Of a stretch of DNA of 64,000 nt, positions 43,254 through 54,113 are shown one piece after another. Location: positions 384,001 to 448,000 of the forward strand of contig CAWJZV010000030.1 of NCBI GenBank assembly GCA_963847445.1, given 5' to 3'. The notes beneath the pieces were generated by a model. It was not told the DNA's origin. It did not search any database and saw nothing but the letters and a program-made list of their open reading frames with translations. The stretch is from an uncultured delta proteobacterium. GTDB taxonomy: Bacteria > Desulfobacterota > Binatia > UBA9968. Numbering within the stretch: the first letter of the stretch is position 1; every line of letters starts with the position of its first letter. Made by a program: the position numbers and the translations under genes.

Positions 43254-44186
43254 CTAAACCTTCGGAAAAACATCCTTCGCCATCCACTCCATGCGTTCCA
43301 AGGTCTCCGCCGAGCTCGGCCGGCGCACGTCGAAGATCATGGTGTTGACACCGGCGGCGCCGTATTCGCGAATATCGGCGGCGATCTCTTCCGCTTGACC
43401 CATGAAACGGCGGCGGCGGTCGGCGATTTTTTTCTCTTTGTCGAAGAGCGAGCCTTTGAGAGCCACATGAATGGTTTTCGGGTCGCGGCCGGCTTTGACG
43501 GCATACTCACTCATGGTCGCCAAATCTTTTTTGACATCTTCCGGTTCGAGGGGAATCGTCGGCACGCCGCCGATGGGATGCCAGCCGTCGCCCAACTGGC
43601 CGGCGCGCTTGAGCGCCGATTTGCTATGGCCACCGATCCAGATGGGAATGGTTTTTTGCACCGGCTTGGGCAAGAAGATCAAATCGCTAAAGTTGACGAA
43701 CTGGCCTTTGAAGCTCGGCCGATCGCTGGTCCATAATTCGCGAAAGGCGCGGATGTACTCATCGGTGACCCGGCCGCGCGCTTCGTAATTGGGCGTTTGC
43801 AGATTCTCAAACTCTTCTTTCATCCAACCGACGCCGACGCCAACGATCACCCGGCCGCCGGAAAGCACGTCCAAACTCGCCAACATCTTGGCGGTCACGA
43901 CCGGGTTGCGATAGGGCAAGATCATCACGCTGGTGGCGAAGCGAATGCGCTGGGTCGCGCCGGCGAGATAACTCATGGTCATCAAGGTTTCGAGATGATA
44001 GCCCGTGCCGGGATACTTGCCGTCGACGGTGTAGGGATAAGGCACGGAAATATGGGTCGGCACGATCACGTGATCGGCCACCGTGAGCAAAGAAAAATCC
44101 AACGCCTCGGCGCGCTGGGCGAAACGAACCAGCTCCTCAGGTTTGACTGTCGCGCTCGATGCCGGCAGATGTAAGCCGTACTGCAT
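43254..44186 (-). CDS. LLM-class oxidoreductase, probably F420-dependent
   Basis: VADHVIVP, ILPYRNPVVTAKMLASLDVLSGGR, GVGWMKEEF and PIWIGG...GDGWHP. Confidence 0.9.
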   Translation of the reverse strand: MQYGLHLPASSATVKPEELVRFAQRAEALDFSLLTVADHVIVPTHISVPYPYTVDGKYPGTGYHLETLMTMSYLAGATQRIRFATSVMILPYRNPVVTAKMLASLDVLSGGRVIVGVGVGWMKEEFENLQTPNYEARGRVTDEYIRAFRELWTSDRPSFKGQFVNFSDLIFLPKPVQKTIPIWIGGHSKSALKRAGQLGDGWHPIGGVPTIPLEPEDVKKDLATMSEYAVKAGRDPKTIHVALKGSLFDKEKKIADRRRRFMGQAEEIAADIREYGAAGVNTMIFDVRRPSSAETLERMEWMAKDVFPKV

Positions 44187-44348
44187 GAAATCTCTACCTC
44201 GTTGTTTTGAATGATTGGGATCGATTCGTTCTCTCGCAAAGGCGCAAAGCCGCTAAGTGACGGGCTCAGCCGTCATCCCTTCGGTCGAAGTGACATTCGT
44301 CTCCACCCTTTGCGCTTAGCTCTTATGAAAATGCCGACTAGAGGCAAA

Positions 44349-44403
44349 AATCCCCCGGTCCTTCGGCCCGCCCCCTTTGGCAAAGGGGGCCATTGGGGGA
44401 TTT
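44349..44403. repeat. CCCCCTTT-N3-AAAGGGGG palindromic repeat
   Basis: aatccccc...ccccctttggcaaaggggg...gggggattt. Confidence 0.6.
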
Positions 44404-44514
44404 TCCGTCGTTGCTTTGAACGTGGCGCAGCTCATTTTCATTTGCTGTGTTGTACCGATTGGTACATGAATTACTTTGCGAGAAAGATTCCGATTTATTT
44501 GCATCCTTATGCGG

Positions 44515-45078
44515 CTAGATCGCCGCGGCGATTTTGACGGCCGACTCTAGCACGACGGCGTCGCCGATTTGAATCTCGCCGTCGCTCAGCACCGCGGCTT
44601 TGAGACCGCTGCGATGTTCCAGAGCTTTGAAGATCGCCGGTATTTTTGTCACGGCGACCAGATGGCCGCAAGGTTCGAACAAGCGGATGCCGCGCATGCG
44701 CACATTGCCGACCGTGAACTCACGGCCGAGCAGCTCGATGAGCGGCACGCCGCGGGTGACGATGTTGCGCCGGGTGAGAATACCGATCGCCTCGACACCG
44801 ATCTCCTTGGCGGCAAGCGCCAAGACTTCATCCTCGATCAAGCTCACCGCTTTGTCCGAGCGCTTCACGGCGTTCCAGGATTCACGATAGAATCGGTCGC
44901 CTTCCAGGCCGCGGTCGGCAACCGCGCGCACGCTGGGCACGGCTACCATCGCTTGCGCTGAAGCAGGCGTGATGAAGATCTCTTTGACATTCCCCTGCCA
45001 TGTTGAGCTCGCCGGCTGGTAACCGCGCCAAAGTTCTTTCGGCATTTCTTCGGGCATCGGTCGAATCGCCTGGGCCAT
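44515..45078 (-). CDS. MOSC domain protein
   Basis: GLEGDRF, AVSLIE, TRRNIVTRG, EPCGHL and GEIQIGD motifs. Confidence 0.9.
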   Translation of the reverse strand: MAQAIRPMPEEMPKELWRGYQPASSTWQGNVKEIFITPASAQAMVAVPSVRAVADRGLEGDRFYRESWNAVKRSDKAVSLIEDEVLALAAKEIGVEAIGILTRRNIVTRGVPLIELLGREFTVGNVRMRGIRLFEPCGHLVAVTKIPAIFKALEHRSGLKAAVLSDGEIQIGDAVVLESAVKIAAAI

Positions 45079-45156
45079 GGGACCTCCCAAAACGACGCCG
45101 GCCACTGATTTCTCAGTGGCCGGCGGTTACTGACATAAGTGGGTCGAAGCGAAAAA

Positions 45157-45639
45157 CTATCCGGCCGAATCCGCGTAGAAACGCGTATCTTCGATCGGCG
45201 GCACGGTCTTGTTCTCTTCGGAGGAAGCGATTAACGGCTTGCCGTCCGGACGCACGCGCATCTCTTCGCCGCCCTGGGCCTTGCCCTTGATGCCGGCGCC
45301 GACGCGCAGCACGACCAGATTCTCAGTGCCGGTGTTGAGATAGCGGTAGTAGGCGCCCTTGGGGATCATGACACCCTGGTGCTTCTCGACTTTGATCTCG
45401 CCGCCCTTTTCGTCGAACACGCTCATCTGGCCTTCGAGCACGATGAAGGAGTGATCTTCGTCGAGATGACAGTGAATCTCATTCTCACCGCCTTCGTAGT
45501 TGATCTTGGTGTGGATCCACATGTTCTCGGTTTCCGCCACCAATTGGGTGATGCGGCCCTGCTTCATGTAGGGCGTGCGCAGGGAAAACTTCTGCGTGCG
45601 CGGTTTCTCCGTCGTTGCTAATTTCTTTGCTGGTTCCAT
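45157..45639 (-). CDS. Cupin domain protein
   Basis: GGENEIHCHLDEDHSFIVLEG and IPKGAYY motifs. Confidence 0.85.
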   Translation of the reverse strand: MEPAKKLATTEKPRTQKFSLRTPYMKQGRITQLVAETENMWIHTKINYEGGENEIHCHLDEDHSFIVLEGQMSVFDEKGGEIKVEKHQGVMIPKGAYYRYLNTGTENLVVLRVGAGIKGKAQGGEEMRVRPDGKPLIASSEENKTVPPIEDTRFYADSAG

Positions 45640-45664
45640 CGTTCTTCCTTTCTGGGGTTTAGTT

Positions 45665-46726
45665 TTAGTTGTTAATACCGTCGACTTTGATGTGGTACAG
45701 ATCGAGGACGTTCTGGCGCACCACCTTGTCGATGACGTTCTTGGGCAGATGGCCCAACTCATCGGCGATCACCTGGCGCGAGTGCGGCCAAGTGGAGGCG
45801 GCGTGGGGATAGTCGCTCGACCACATGAAATTGTCTTCGCCGAACCAATCCATCATGCGGCCGCCGGCGGGATCGCTGAAGAAGGTCGCGAACACTTGGT
45901 CTTTGACATATTCGCCGGGGAGCTTTTTCATGTAGGCCAGCGGCGCTTTCGGGCTGTGGCGGACGTAGTACTTGTCCCACTCGTGACAGTAGAAGGGAAT
46001 CCAGCCCACTTCGTTTTCGACGTAGACCAATTTGAGCTTGGGAAACTTCGCCAGGGGGCCGCCGAAGACGAAGTCGAACAAAGTGTTCGCCGCGTCGGTG
46101 AGCTTCTGGTTGACCGTCATGCGGTAAGTGTCCAAACCTTTGCGATCGAAACGGCTGTAGTTGAAGCCGGTCAAGATATGCACGTTAACCGGCATATCGA
46201 GCTCGCCCGCCGCCTCCCAGAAAGGATTGTAGTAGTCGCTGGTAAACGGCAGATGGTCCGGCGGTACCTGCCAGATCATGCAGCCGACCATGCCGTTCTT
46301 CTTGCAGCGCTCGAGTTCTTTGATCGCGTTGGGAATGTTGTACATCGAGATCATCGGAATACCGAACAGCCTTCCTGGCGCCGCTTTGCAGTACTCCATC
46401 ATCCAATCGTTGGCGATCTCGAAGCACGCCTCTTGGAGCGGCGCGTCTTCCATCGCGTAAAGGCGCAAGCCGTAGGTGGCGTAAAGCACCTCGGCGCTGA
46501 CGCCATCGACAGCCATTTCATCCAGGCGCGCCTTGGGGTTCCAACCGCCGGGTTTCTCACCGGGAGAATTGCGCGGCGGAAATTTCGGGAATTTGGCGGC
46601 AAGACTCGGCGTGAGATTCTTCAGCCAAAGATCCTCGGGTTCCATGATATGTGAGTCCGACGACACGATCTTGTCCTGGCCAAGAACCTGCTCGGCGGTC
46701 CGCTTGACTCCTGTAGCAGTAGTCAT
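45665..46726 (-). CDS. Amidohydrolase_2 family protein
   Basis: SSDSHIME, FPKLKLVYVENEVGW and MWSSDYPH; paralog of 29812-30955. Confidence 0.92.
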   Translation of the reverse strand: MTTATGVKRTAEQVLGQDKIVSSDSHIMEPEDLWLKNLTPSLAAKFPKFPPRNSPGEKPGGWNPKARLDEMAVDGVSAEVLYATYGLRLYAMEDAPLQEACFEIANDWMMEYCKAAPGRLFGIPMISMYNIPNAIKELERCKKNGMVGCMIWQVPPDHLPFTSDYYNPFWEAAGELDMPVNVHILTGFNYSRFDRKGLDTYRMTVNQKLTDAANTLFDFVFGGPLAKFPKLKLVYVENEVGWIPFYCHEWDKYYVRHSPKAPLAYMKKLPGEYVKDQVFATFFSDPAGGRMMDWFGEDNFMWSSDYPHAASTWPHSRQVIADELGHLPKNVIDKVVRQNVLDLYHIKVDGINN

Positions 46727-46859
46727 GATTCTATGTCCTCCTCTTGTTTAACACTGATTTTCTTTTGATTTATTCCTTTTTGGGCCTTTTGTCTAGGGCA
46801 AATTGGCCATCCGCAGAATGGACTTTCGCCAAAGCATGGCGTAAAACATTTTATCAATC

Positions 46860-47700
46860 ATGAGATCCCTCAAGGGTTATTTTCTGCGCTGCTTGTCCGT
46901 CCTATTGATCCCCGCAGCGCTGTTTGGCGCCGAGGCGCAAAACGCCTTTAACGAAGGCGTGAAGCAGTACAAAGCAGCCAAGTACAAAGAAGCCGTGGCC
47001 GCGTTCAACCGCGCCATCAAGGCGGCGCCCAAATCGGACGAAGCCTATAACAACCGCGGCCTGGCCTACGCCAAATTGGGCCAGCAGGACAACGCGCTCA
47101 AGGACTACGACGAGGCGCTCAAGCTAAATCCCAATCTCACCGACGCCCAGTTCAACCGCGGCAACGTTTTTTTCAACCAGAAGCAATACGATCGAGCGAT
47201 AAAAGACTTTGACGAGGTGATCAAGCAGGACCCCAAAGCGCCGCGGGTCTTCGTCCAGCGCGGACTGGCGTTTTTGCATCTCAAACAGTTCGACAAAGCG
47301 GTTCAGGACTTCAACCAGGCGCAGAAGCTCGACCCGAAGGATGCCGAGATCTACTACAACCGCGGCCTGGCCCATCGGCGCCTCGGCAAGAACGATTTGG
47401 CGGTGCAAGACTACAGCGAGGCGATCAAGCTCGAGCCGAAAAACGGCGAGAACTACAACAACCGCGCCAACGCCTACTCGCTGCTCGGCAAATATGACGA
47501 AGCGGTGAAAGACTATGACGAGGCGATCAAGTTAAACGGCAAGGACGCCAGAATCTACGCCAACCGCGGCGTCATCAAGCAGCGGCTGAAAAAGGATGAC
47601 GAAGCCCAGAAGGATTTTCAAAAAGCAGTGGAATTGGACCCCAGCCTGAAAGACAAGCTCGCCTCATTCATCGCTGCCGACAAAAGGCAAGTAAATCATG
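46860..47700 (+). CDS. Secreted all-TPR protein (true stop probably near 47694; ORF track reads through to 47777)
   Basis: Signal peptide followed by about 7 consensus 34-aa TPRs (AYNNRG..Y...G...A..DY..A..L.P). Confidence 0.9.
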
Positions 47701-48753
47701 GCGCGCGCGCTGCTTATAATTGGCTATTTACTCGGGCTCACCGGTGGTACGGTTCCGGCCTGGGCGGGCCAGGTTGAAGATCCACTGAAAACCGCTGTCG
47801 AACTGCACGACAGCGGCAAAGTCAAAGAAGCCGTCGCCGAATACGACAAGGTCATCAAGGCCCACCCCAAACTGGCCGAAGCCTACTTCAACCGCGGCAA
47901 CGCCCATTTCGACCTCGGACAGAACCAACAAGCGGTCAAAGACTACAGCGAGGCGATCCGGCTCAATCCCAAGGACGCCGAGGCTTATTTCAGTCGCGGC
48001 AATAGCTATCGGCGCTTGAAACAGGACGCGGCCGCGCTCAACGATTACACCAGCGCCATCAAGCTCAATCCCGACGACGCCAAGAGTTATACCAATCGCG
48101 CCAATATTCACTTCGACGCGCGCCGCTATGAGGCCGCGCTGGCGGACCAAAACCAAGCGCTGCGCATCGACGCGAAGGATGCCCAGCATTATTTCAACCG
48201 CGCCAACAGCTATCTCGCGCTGAATAAAAAAGACGAAGCGATCAAAGACTACGACGCCGCGCTCAGCCGCGATCCCAAGCTCGCCGATGCCTATTACAAC
48301 CGCGGTATCGCCCACGCCGACTCGAATAAACTTGACGACGCCGTGCGCGACTTCGACGCCGCGATCAAGCTCAATCCGAAAAACTCCGAAGCTTTCTACA
48401 ATCGCGGACTGGCCAACGGCAAACTGGGCAAGTATGATGCGGCCATCGACGATTACGGCGAAGCGATTCGGCTCAATCCCAAGGACGCCGAGGCGCCGTT
48501 CAATCGCGGCCTGGCCTACATGCGCGTCGATAAGAACGATTTCGCGGCGCGGGATTTCACCGAAGTGATCAGTCTGCAACCGAAACATACCGACGCTTAC
48601 GTCTATCGCGGCCTCATCCGCATCTACCAGGATCGCGAGAAAGACGCCGACGCCGACTTCCAAAAAGCCTATCGGTTGAATCCGGCGCTCAAGAAAAAAT
48701 TGGAACCGGTGATCGCCGAGGCCAAAGCCAAGGCGAAGAAAACCGCCAAGTAA
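47698..48753 (+). CDS. Secreted all-TPR protein
   Basis: Signal peptide followed by about 9 TPRs. Confidence 0.92.
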   Translation: MARALLIIGYLLGLTGGTVPAWAGQVEDPLKTAVELHDSGKVKEAVAEYDKVIKAHPKLAEAYFNRGNAHFDLGQNQQAVKDYSEAIRLNPKDAEAYFSRGNSYRRLKQDAAALNDYTSAIKLNPDDAKSYTNRANIHFDARRYEAALADQNQALRIDAKDAQHYFNRANSYLALNKKDEAIKDYDAALSRDPKLADAYYNRGIAHADSNKLDDAVRDFDAAIKLNPKNSEAFYNRGLANGKLGKYDAAIDDYGEAIRLNPKDAEAPFNRGLAYMRVDKNDFAARDFTEVISLQPKHTDAYVYRGLIRIYQDREKDADADFQKAYRLNPALKKKLEPVIAEAKAKAKKTAK

Positions 48754-48768
48754 ACCAAGCAAACTCTC

Positions 48769-49189
48769 ATGGCGGAAACCAATCTCTTCGGCGGATTGAC
48801 CGGCGGCCTGCTGATCGGACTCGCCGCTGCCCTGCTCTTGCTCGTCAACGGCCGCATCGCCGGCATCTCGGGCATCCTCGGCGGGTTGATTACTGCCAAT
48901 TTCCCAAGCGAACGGCTCTGGCGCGGCGCCTTCATCATCGGTCTGGTGTGCGGCGCGGCAGTCTACGCCTGGCTTCATGGCGGTCTTCCCCTACAACTTC
49001 AAACCAGTAACTCCGGATTGCTGCTCGCCGGACTGCTGGTCGGCTTCGGCACGAGGCTAGGCTCCGGTTGCACCTCCGGCCATGGCGTGTGCGGCTTAGC
49101 GCGCCGCTCGCCGCGCTCGCTTGGCCGCCACTGCGACCTTCATCGCTTGCGGGATGTTGACGGTGTATTTGACCAGGCATGTATTCTAA
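48769..49189 (+). CDS. YeeE/YedE family sulfur-compound transporter half (frameshift near 3' end)
   Basis: [16 protein letters not shown] and [16 protein letters not shown] motifs. Confidence 0.9.
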
Positions 49190-49603
49190 TGCTTTTGCTC
49201 ATCAGCAGCTTCGCCCTGGGCGTCCTGTTCGCCTTCGGACTTACCATTTCAGAAATGATCGACCCGGCGCGGGTGATCGGCTTCCTCGACATTGCCGGGC
49301 CATTGGGATGCCACACTTCTGTTCGTCATGGGCGGCGCGCTGGCCATTACCCTGCCGCTTTTCCCATGGATACATAAGCGCGAAAAATCGCTCCTCGGCG
49401 AACGGCTTTATCTGCCGACCCAAACACATATCGATGCCCGCCTGGTCATTGGCGCGGCGATCTTTGGTACCGGCTGGGGTCTCGCCGGTCTCTGCCCCGG
49501 ACCGGCGATTGCTGGCTTGGCCAGCGGCTCCGGCGGTGTCTGGTTGTTTGTCCTGGCGATGATCGCCGGACAATGGCTGGCGGGTCGATTTAACCCGCGC
49601 TAA
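49189..49603 (+). CDS. YeeE/YedE partner (DUF6691-type) membrane protein (frameshifted)
   Basis: GLTISEMIDPARVIGFLD, WDATLLFVMG and FGTGWGLAGLCPGP; TAATG overlap with the upstream gene. Confidence 0.88.
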
Positions 49604-49733
49604 CACATGCCGATGACGGCGCTGATTGAAGCGGCTCTTGACTCGGCCAAGCGATTGCCGCTAGCTAGTTTGAGCAACCCTTGGCAATTCATCTCCAAGG
49701 CGCTGAATAACTTTCGGTTATAGGACTTTTCCA

Positions 49734-51329
49734 ATGGGTGAGACGCGCGTCGATCTGCAACATTTACTCGAAGACTTGCGGGACGCCTACCCTGGCTCCA
49801 TCGAGGAAACCATTCTCACCGAGATCATGGCCAACTCGCTCGATTCCGGCGCGACCACGATCCAGTTATTCACCGATCCTGCCGCGCGCACTTTGACCGT
49901 CACCGACAACGGTAGCGGCATGCAGCGCCGCGAATTGGCGCGTTTTCACAACATCGCGTCGAGCACCAAGAGCCGCGGCGAAGGCATCGGTTTTGCCGGC
50001 GTCGGCATCAAGTTGGGGCTTTTGGTCTGTGAGGAAGTGTTCACCGAAACCCGCCGGGGCAAAACCCATATTGCCAGTTCCTGGCATCTGGCGACGCGCA
50101 ATCGCGCGCCGTGGAAATGGGTGGCACCCCTGAAGCTGATCGCCGAACGCGGCACGGCGGTGCGCTTGCAAGTCGAGAATCCATTATCGCCGCTGCTCGA
50201 TCCGGGCTTTTTAGCGGTGACCCTGCGGCGCCATTTTCAACCCCTGCTGGACCCCAGCTTCGACGAGTTTTTGCGCGGCCATTATCCCAGTGGCGTCGCC
50301 ATCGAGGTCGACGGCCGACGGCTGGACAAACAGGGCTGGAGCGCGCCGCGCGCGGCGCCATTGGAAATTCGCCTCATGCGCAAACGTAAAGCCGCCGCTT
50401 CGGGTTATCTGATTCGCGCCGATCATCCTTTGCCCGAGGAGCGCCAGGGTTTGTCGATCAGCACCTATGGGAAAGTCATCCGGCGCGGCTGGGACTGGCT
50501 GGGTCTGACGCCGGCGGCAGCCGATTGCGTCGGCGGCATCATCGAAGTGCCGGAGCTCGCCGCCTGCCTGACCCTCAACAAGGGCGACTTCATCCGCGCC
50601 GGCGCCCGCGGCGCGACCTATTTAGGATTTCGCAAAGCGATCCAAGAAGCGGTCGGCAGGCAACTCGCCCTCTGGGGCGATGGCCGGAGCGGCGCCGAAC
50701 AAGCGCCACCACGGGAAGTGCGGCCGCTACAGCGCGACCTCGTGCAAGTATTGGAAGACCTGGCGCTGGACTTCCCCCTGCTCGGCTCCCTGGTCGAGCA
50801 AAGAGCCGGCGGACAAAAACGATTGCCGCTGGGCATACGCGGCGCCGGCAGCGATGGCCGTGGTTTCGTCGCGGCATCACTCACCGCGGCGGCGCAGAGC
50901 GAACCAACCGAGAACCCGCCAGCCACCGCGGCGGCTTCAACAGATTCAAGCCCGGCCACTGCGTCAGCAGTGGTGCATGAAGCTAACGATGGCTACGGCA
51001 CCGACGGCAGCTCAATTCAATTGCCGAGTAAGTCCATCGTCCGCCGTCCAGCGCATTACGGCTTGGACATTCAATTCGCAGACAGGCCCGACGACATCGA
51101 ACTGGGCCGCTTGACCGAATCGACCGTCTGGGTCAACCGCGCCCACCCGGCTTACCGGCGCGCCCAAGCCTCGCATTCGGTCGGTTACCACATCGCATTA
51201 GCGGTCGCGATGGCGCTGGCGCCGCTTGCCGTCGAGGCGCCGCACCAGCATGGATTTGTCAGCGCGTTCCTGTCGCGCTGGGGCGAAGCCATCGACAAGC
51301 CAAGCGCGCGCCGCGAGCACAAACGTTAG
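49734..51329 (+). CDS. GHKL ATPase (HATPase_c_3; MORC/MutL/Hsp90-like)
   Basis: EIMANSLDS, DNGSGM, GIGFAGVGIK, RGTAV, S5-like middle region and C-terminal VNRAHP. Confidence 0.8.
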   Translation: MGETRVDLQHLLEDLRDAYPGSIEETILTEIMANSLDSGATTIQLFTDPAARTLTVTDNGSGMQRRELARFHNIASSTKSRGEGIGFAGVGIKLGLLVCEEVFTETRRGKTHIASSWHLATRNRAPWKWVAPLKLIAERGTAVRLQVENPLSPLLDPGFLAVTLRRHFQPLLDPSFDEFLRGHYPSGVAIEVDGRRLDKQGWSAPRAAPLEIRLMRKRKAAASGYLIRADHPLPEERQGLSISTYGKVIRRGWDWLGLTPAAADCVGGIIEVPELAACLTLNKGDFIRAGARGATYLGFRKAIQEAVGRQLALWGDGRSGAEQAPPREVRPLQRDLVQVLEDLALDFPLLGSLVEQRAGGQKRLPLGIRGAGSDGRGFVAASLTAAAQSEPTENPPATAAASTDSSPATASAVVHEANDGYGTDGSSIQLPSKSIVRRPAHYGLDIQFADRPDDIELGRLTESTVWVNRAHPAYRRAQASHSVGYHIALAVAMALAPLAVEAPHQHGFVSAFLSRWGEAIDKPSARREHKR

Positions 51330-51401
51330 CTGCATAAGAAAACAAGTCGTCACCACCAAGGCCACAGCGCGGCTATGCCGCAACCAAATGGGAAAGAGTA
51401 T

Positions 51402-51695
51402 TCACCACGAAGTGATTCATGAGATTACGCATCGCCTACAGAGCATGAAAATACCGGAATCCCCCTCTCGGGGTTCATTCCTTAGATCGTCATACCGGCG
51501 CAGGCCGGTATCCAGCGGCGGGCTCGCGATGGATACCGGCCTGCGCCGGCATGACGGAACAGAGAGTCGTTATCGATGCGCAGATCATCGCTGCACGTGT
51601 ATTTTCGAAGGAGGACACGAAGATCACGAGGTCGGGGTTCAAACTATCCGACTATGCCGAACGCGTTCGTGCCCTTCAGATGATCTTCGTGGTGA
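51402..51695 (+). mobile_element. Miniature nested element, copy C (contains a CGTC-type REP pair)
   Basis: TCACCACGAAG...CTTCGTGGTGA outer inverted repeat; internal cgtcataccggcgcaggccggtatcca / tggataccggcctgcgccggcatgacg. Confidence 0.7.
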
Positions 51696-51772
51696 GACGG
51701 GATCTTCTCATTGAATGCGAACGCTAACGATCGCAGCACTCGCGCGTAGCCGTTATCCAAACTTTAATCAAG

Positions 51773-52800
51773 TCAATTTTTTAACCCGAGCAGGGAAAGA
51801 AATTCCTGATTGTACTCGGCGTAACGGTCGGCGATCGACATGTCCACCGGCGCGAGCTTCGATTGCATCATGCGTTCGAGCCGCTTGTTTTTGATCGGCA
51901 CATCCTTGCGCGCCGGCACCCGGTCGGAGATTTCATTCATCGCTTTGAGCCCCTCGACGGATAACCCCCAATAGAGAAACAGCCGCGCTGCGTTGGGATG
52001 GGGCGGCTTGGCGCCGATGCCCCAGGCCAAGACGTTCACCGGCACCGGCTCGAAGGCGACCCAATCGATGGGCGCTCCCTTGGCGCGGATGTTTTCGATC
52101 ACCGAAGCATAGGCGCTGATGCCCAGGGCAAACTCGCCGGCGCTGACCAACTGCGCTTCCATGGTGTGACCGCGCCGGGGCCGCAAACCATTGGCGACCA
52201 ACTTTTTAAACCATTCGCGGCCCTTGTCGCGGCCCATGAGCTTGAGCCAGGTGGCGTAGAGATCGACGTCCTGTTCGTCCATGGTCAGCTTGTCTTTCCA
52301 TTTGGGATGAGCCAGGTCTTCGTAACTCTTCGGCAAATCGTTGGGCTTCACCATGTTGGTGTTGTAGGCCACCGACCAGAATTGAATGTAATACGCCGCC
52401 CAATAATCGTCCGGGTCCATGAAGCCGTCGAGAAAGCGATGGCGCTCGGGGTAGTTCATCTTCTGCAGCCAGTTTTTGCGCCGGTACAGTTCGAGATTGC
52501 TGGCGCGATTCATCACCACGTCGAAACCCCAGCGGCCGGCGGGAATTTCGGTTTGCAGCTTCTGGGTCATCGCCGTGGCGCCGGCGCGAAACAGGCTGAC
52601 CTTGATGCCGTATTTTTTTGTGAAGAGCGCAGCCCAGGCCTGAGTTTCCGGCAGCGGCAAGGTCGAATACCAAACCACTTCGCCTTCGGCTTTGGCCTTT
52701 TCGACCAAATCGTTGCCGACGATCTCGGCGCCGTGAGCCGACTCCGTGAACCGAGCAGAACGTCAGCTAGAGCGACGCTCGAAGCAGCATGGCTTCCCCT
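51773..52800 (-). CDS. ABC extracellular solute-binding protein (Fe3+/thiamine AfuA-like); 5' end frameshifted
   Basis: AKAEGEVVWYS, YNTNMV, PKSYEDL and PHPNAARLF motifs. Confidence 0.85.
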
Positions 52801-52808
52801 CCACTTCT

Positions 52809-53967
52809 TCAATCCCGCACGACGCTGCCGGCGCTGGTGCGAACATGACGCGGCATCCGCCGCATCGCGCAGGATGCCTTTGGGATCTCGTCCTTCGCGC
52901 ACTTCATGAATCGCCGTGCGCAAAATTTTTCTAAACAACATGACTCCCTTATCCGAGCTGACCAGATGCTCCAAGCCATGCAGCGCGATCGGCCCCTGCC
53001 CTTCGACAGCTTCCTTGTCGTCGGGATGACGCTGGGTGTATTCGAAGCTCGAGTTCTTGCGCGCGCCGGGAGCCAACTGCTCGCGCCCGGACAACGACTC
53101 GGTTTCGTTGTCGGCCAGCCAGCGCACGCTGGCGCCCAATTGGTGGGTATCGTCGACCGGCACACAGTAGGTCACCGCGCGCACGCGCTCGGTCTTGGGC
53201 TCGTCGGTGTAAACCAGGTGGACATTGAGCGGCATGAGCATTTCCCAAATGAGTTCCCACCATTTGCCGTTTGCTAATTTGCGCGTGAGGATGAAGCGCA
53301 TGCCCATGGCGGTCTCTTCGTATTGCAAATCATCGGGAGTCACGCCATAGGCGTGGGAGGGAAACTGCGGCCCGCTGTGCAATGTGTGCAACCAAAAGGT
53401 ATGCAGCGCGTCCATCAAATTCTCTTCGGCCTGCAGCCAATTGCAATTGACCGGGCCGCCGACCCGCGGCCCCATGCGCGCTTTGAGCGTACCGCCGGCA
53501 GTTTGCCAGACATCGTACAGCGGAAACTCCGGCAGCCGCTCCAGCGGCCCCATATAGGCGAACAGGAGTCCGCCAAACTCACGCACCGGATAAGCCGGCT
53601 GTTGGATTTGCTTTAAAAATGGATTGGGCGTCGGCTCGAGCGGCATCTCGATGACGTTGCCTGCGACATCGTAGAGCCAACCATGATAACAGCAGCGCAG
53701 GCCGCGCTCCTCGACCCGGCCGTATTCGAGTGAAGCGCCGCGATGACTGCAACGAAAGAACAGCAGGCCGGCACGCCCCTGACCGTCGCGAAAGGCGATT
53801 AGCTCTTCACCGAGAATCCTGACCGGCTTGGGTAGATCCTTGAGATCGGCGGAGAGACAGACAGGTTGCCAGTACCGGCGCATCAGCTCGCCGCATGGCG
53901 TGCCCGGTCCAACACGAGTCAACTCGCCATCGGGTTCGGGAATTTTGAGACCGTAGGCGCTCTTCAT
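52809..53967 (-). CDS. Rieske non-heme iron oxygenase (phthalate 4,5-dioxygenase-like); frameshift near 3' end
   Basis: GPGTPCGELMRRYW, CSHRG...CCYHGW, NWLQAEENLMDALH...LH and EHLVSSD. Confidence 0.92.
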
Positions 53968-54113
53968 TGCCTGCCACTCCGACCGAACAATATCGCGCAG
54001 ATCATATGCCGCCGCGCGCGGGAGTCAAGGTAAAACCTGCCGCTTGCTTGACAGCGGCGCGACATCCGCACTAGTTTCGACCATTCGTCTCTTGGCCGAA
54101 AGGAGTTCGTCCT

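Noticed and set aside
46860-48753. CRISPR-like or tandem DNA array with ~102-bp periodicity
   Set aside because: The periodicity is explained by coding TPR repeats; there are no identical repeats with unique spacers and no cas genes.
51226-51714. Apparent small protein family (HRxTCIFxxxHExHE shared with ORF 34132-34398)
   Set aside because: The similarity comes from the non-coding nested repeat element, not from a gene.
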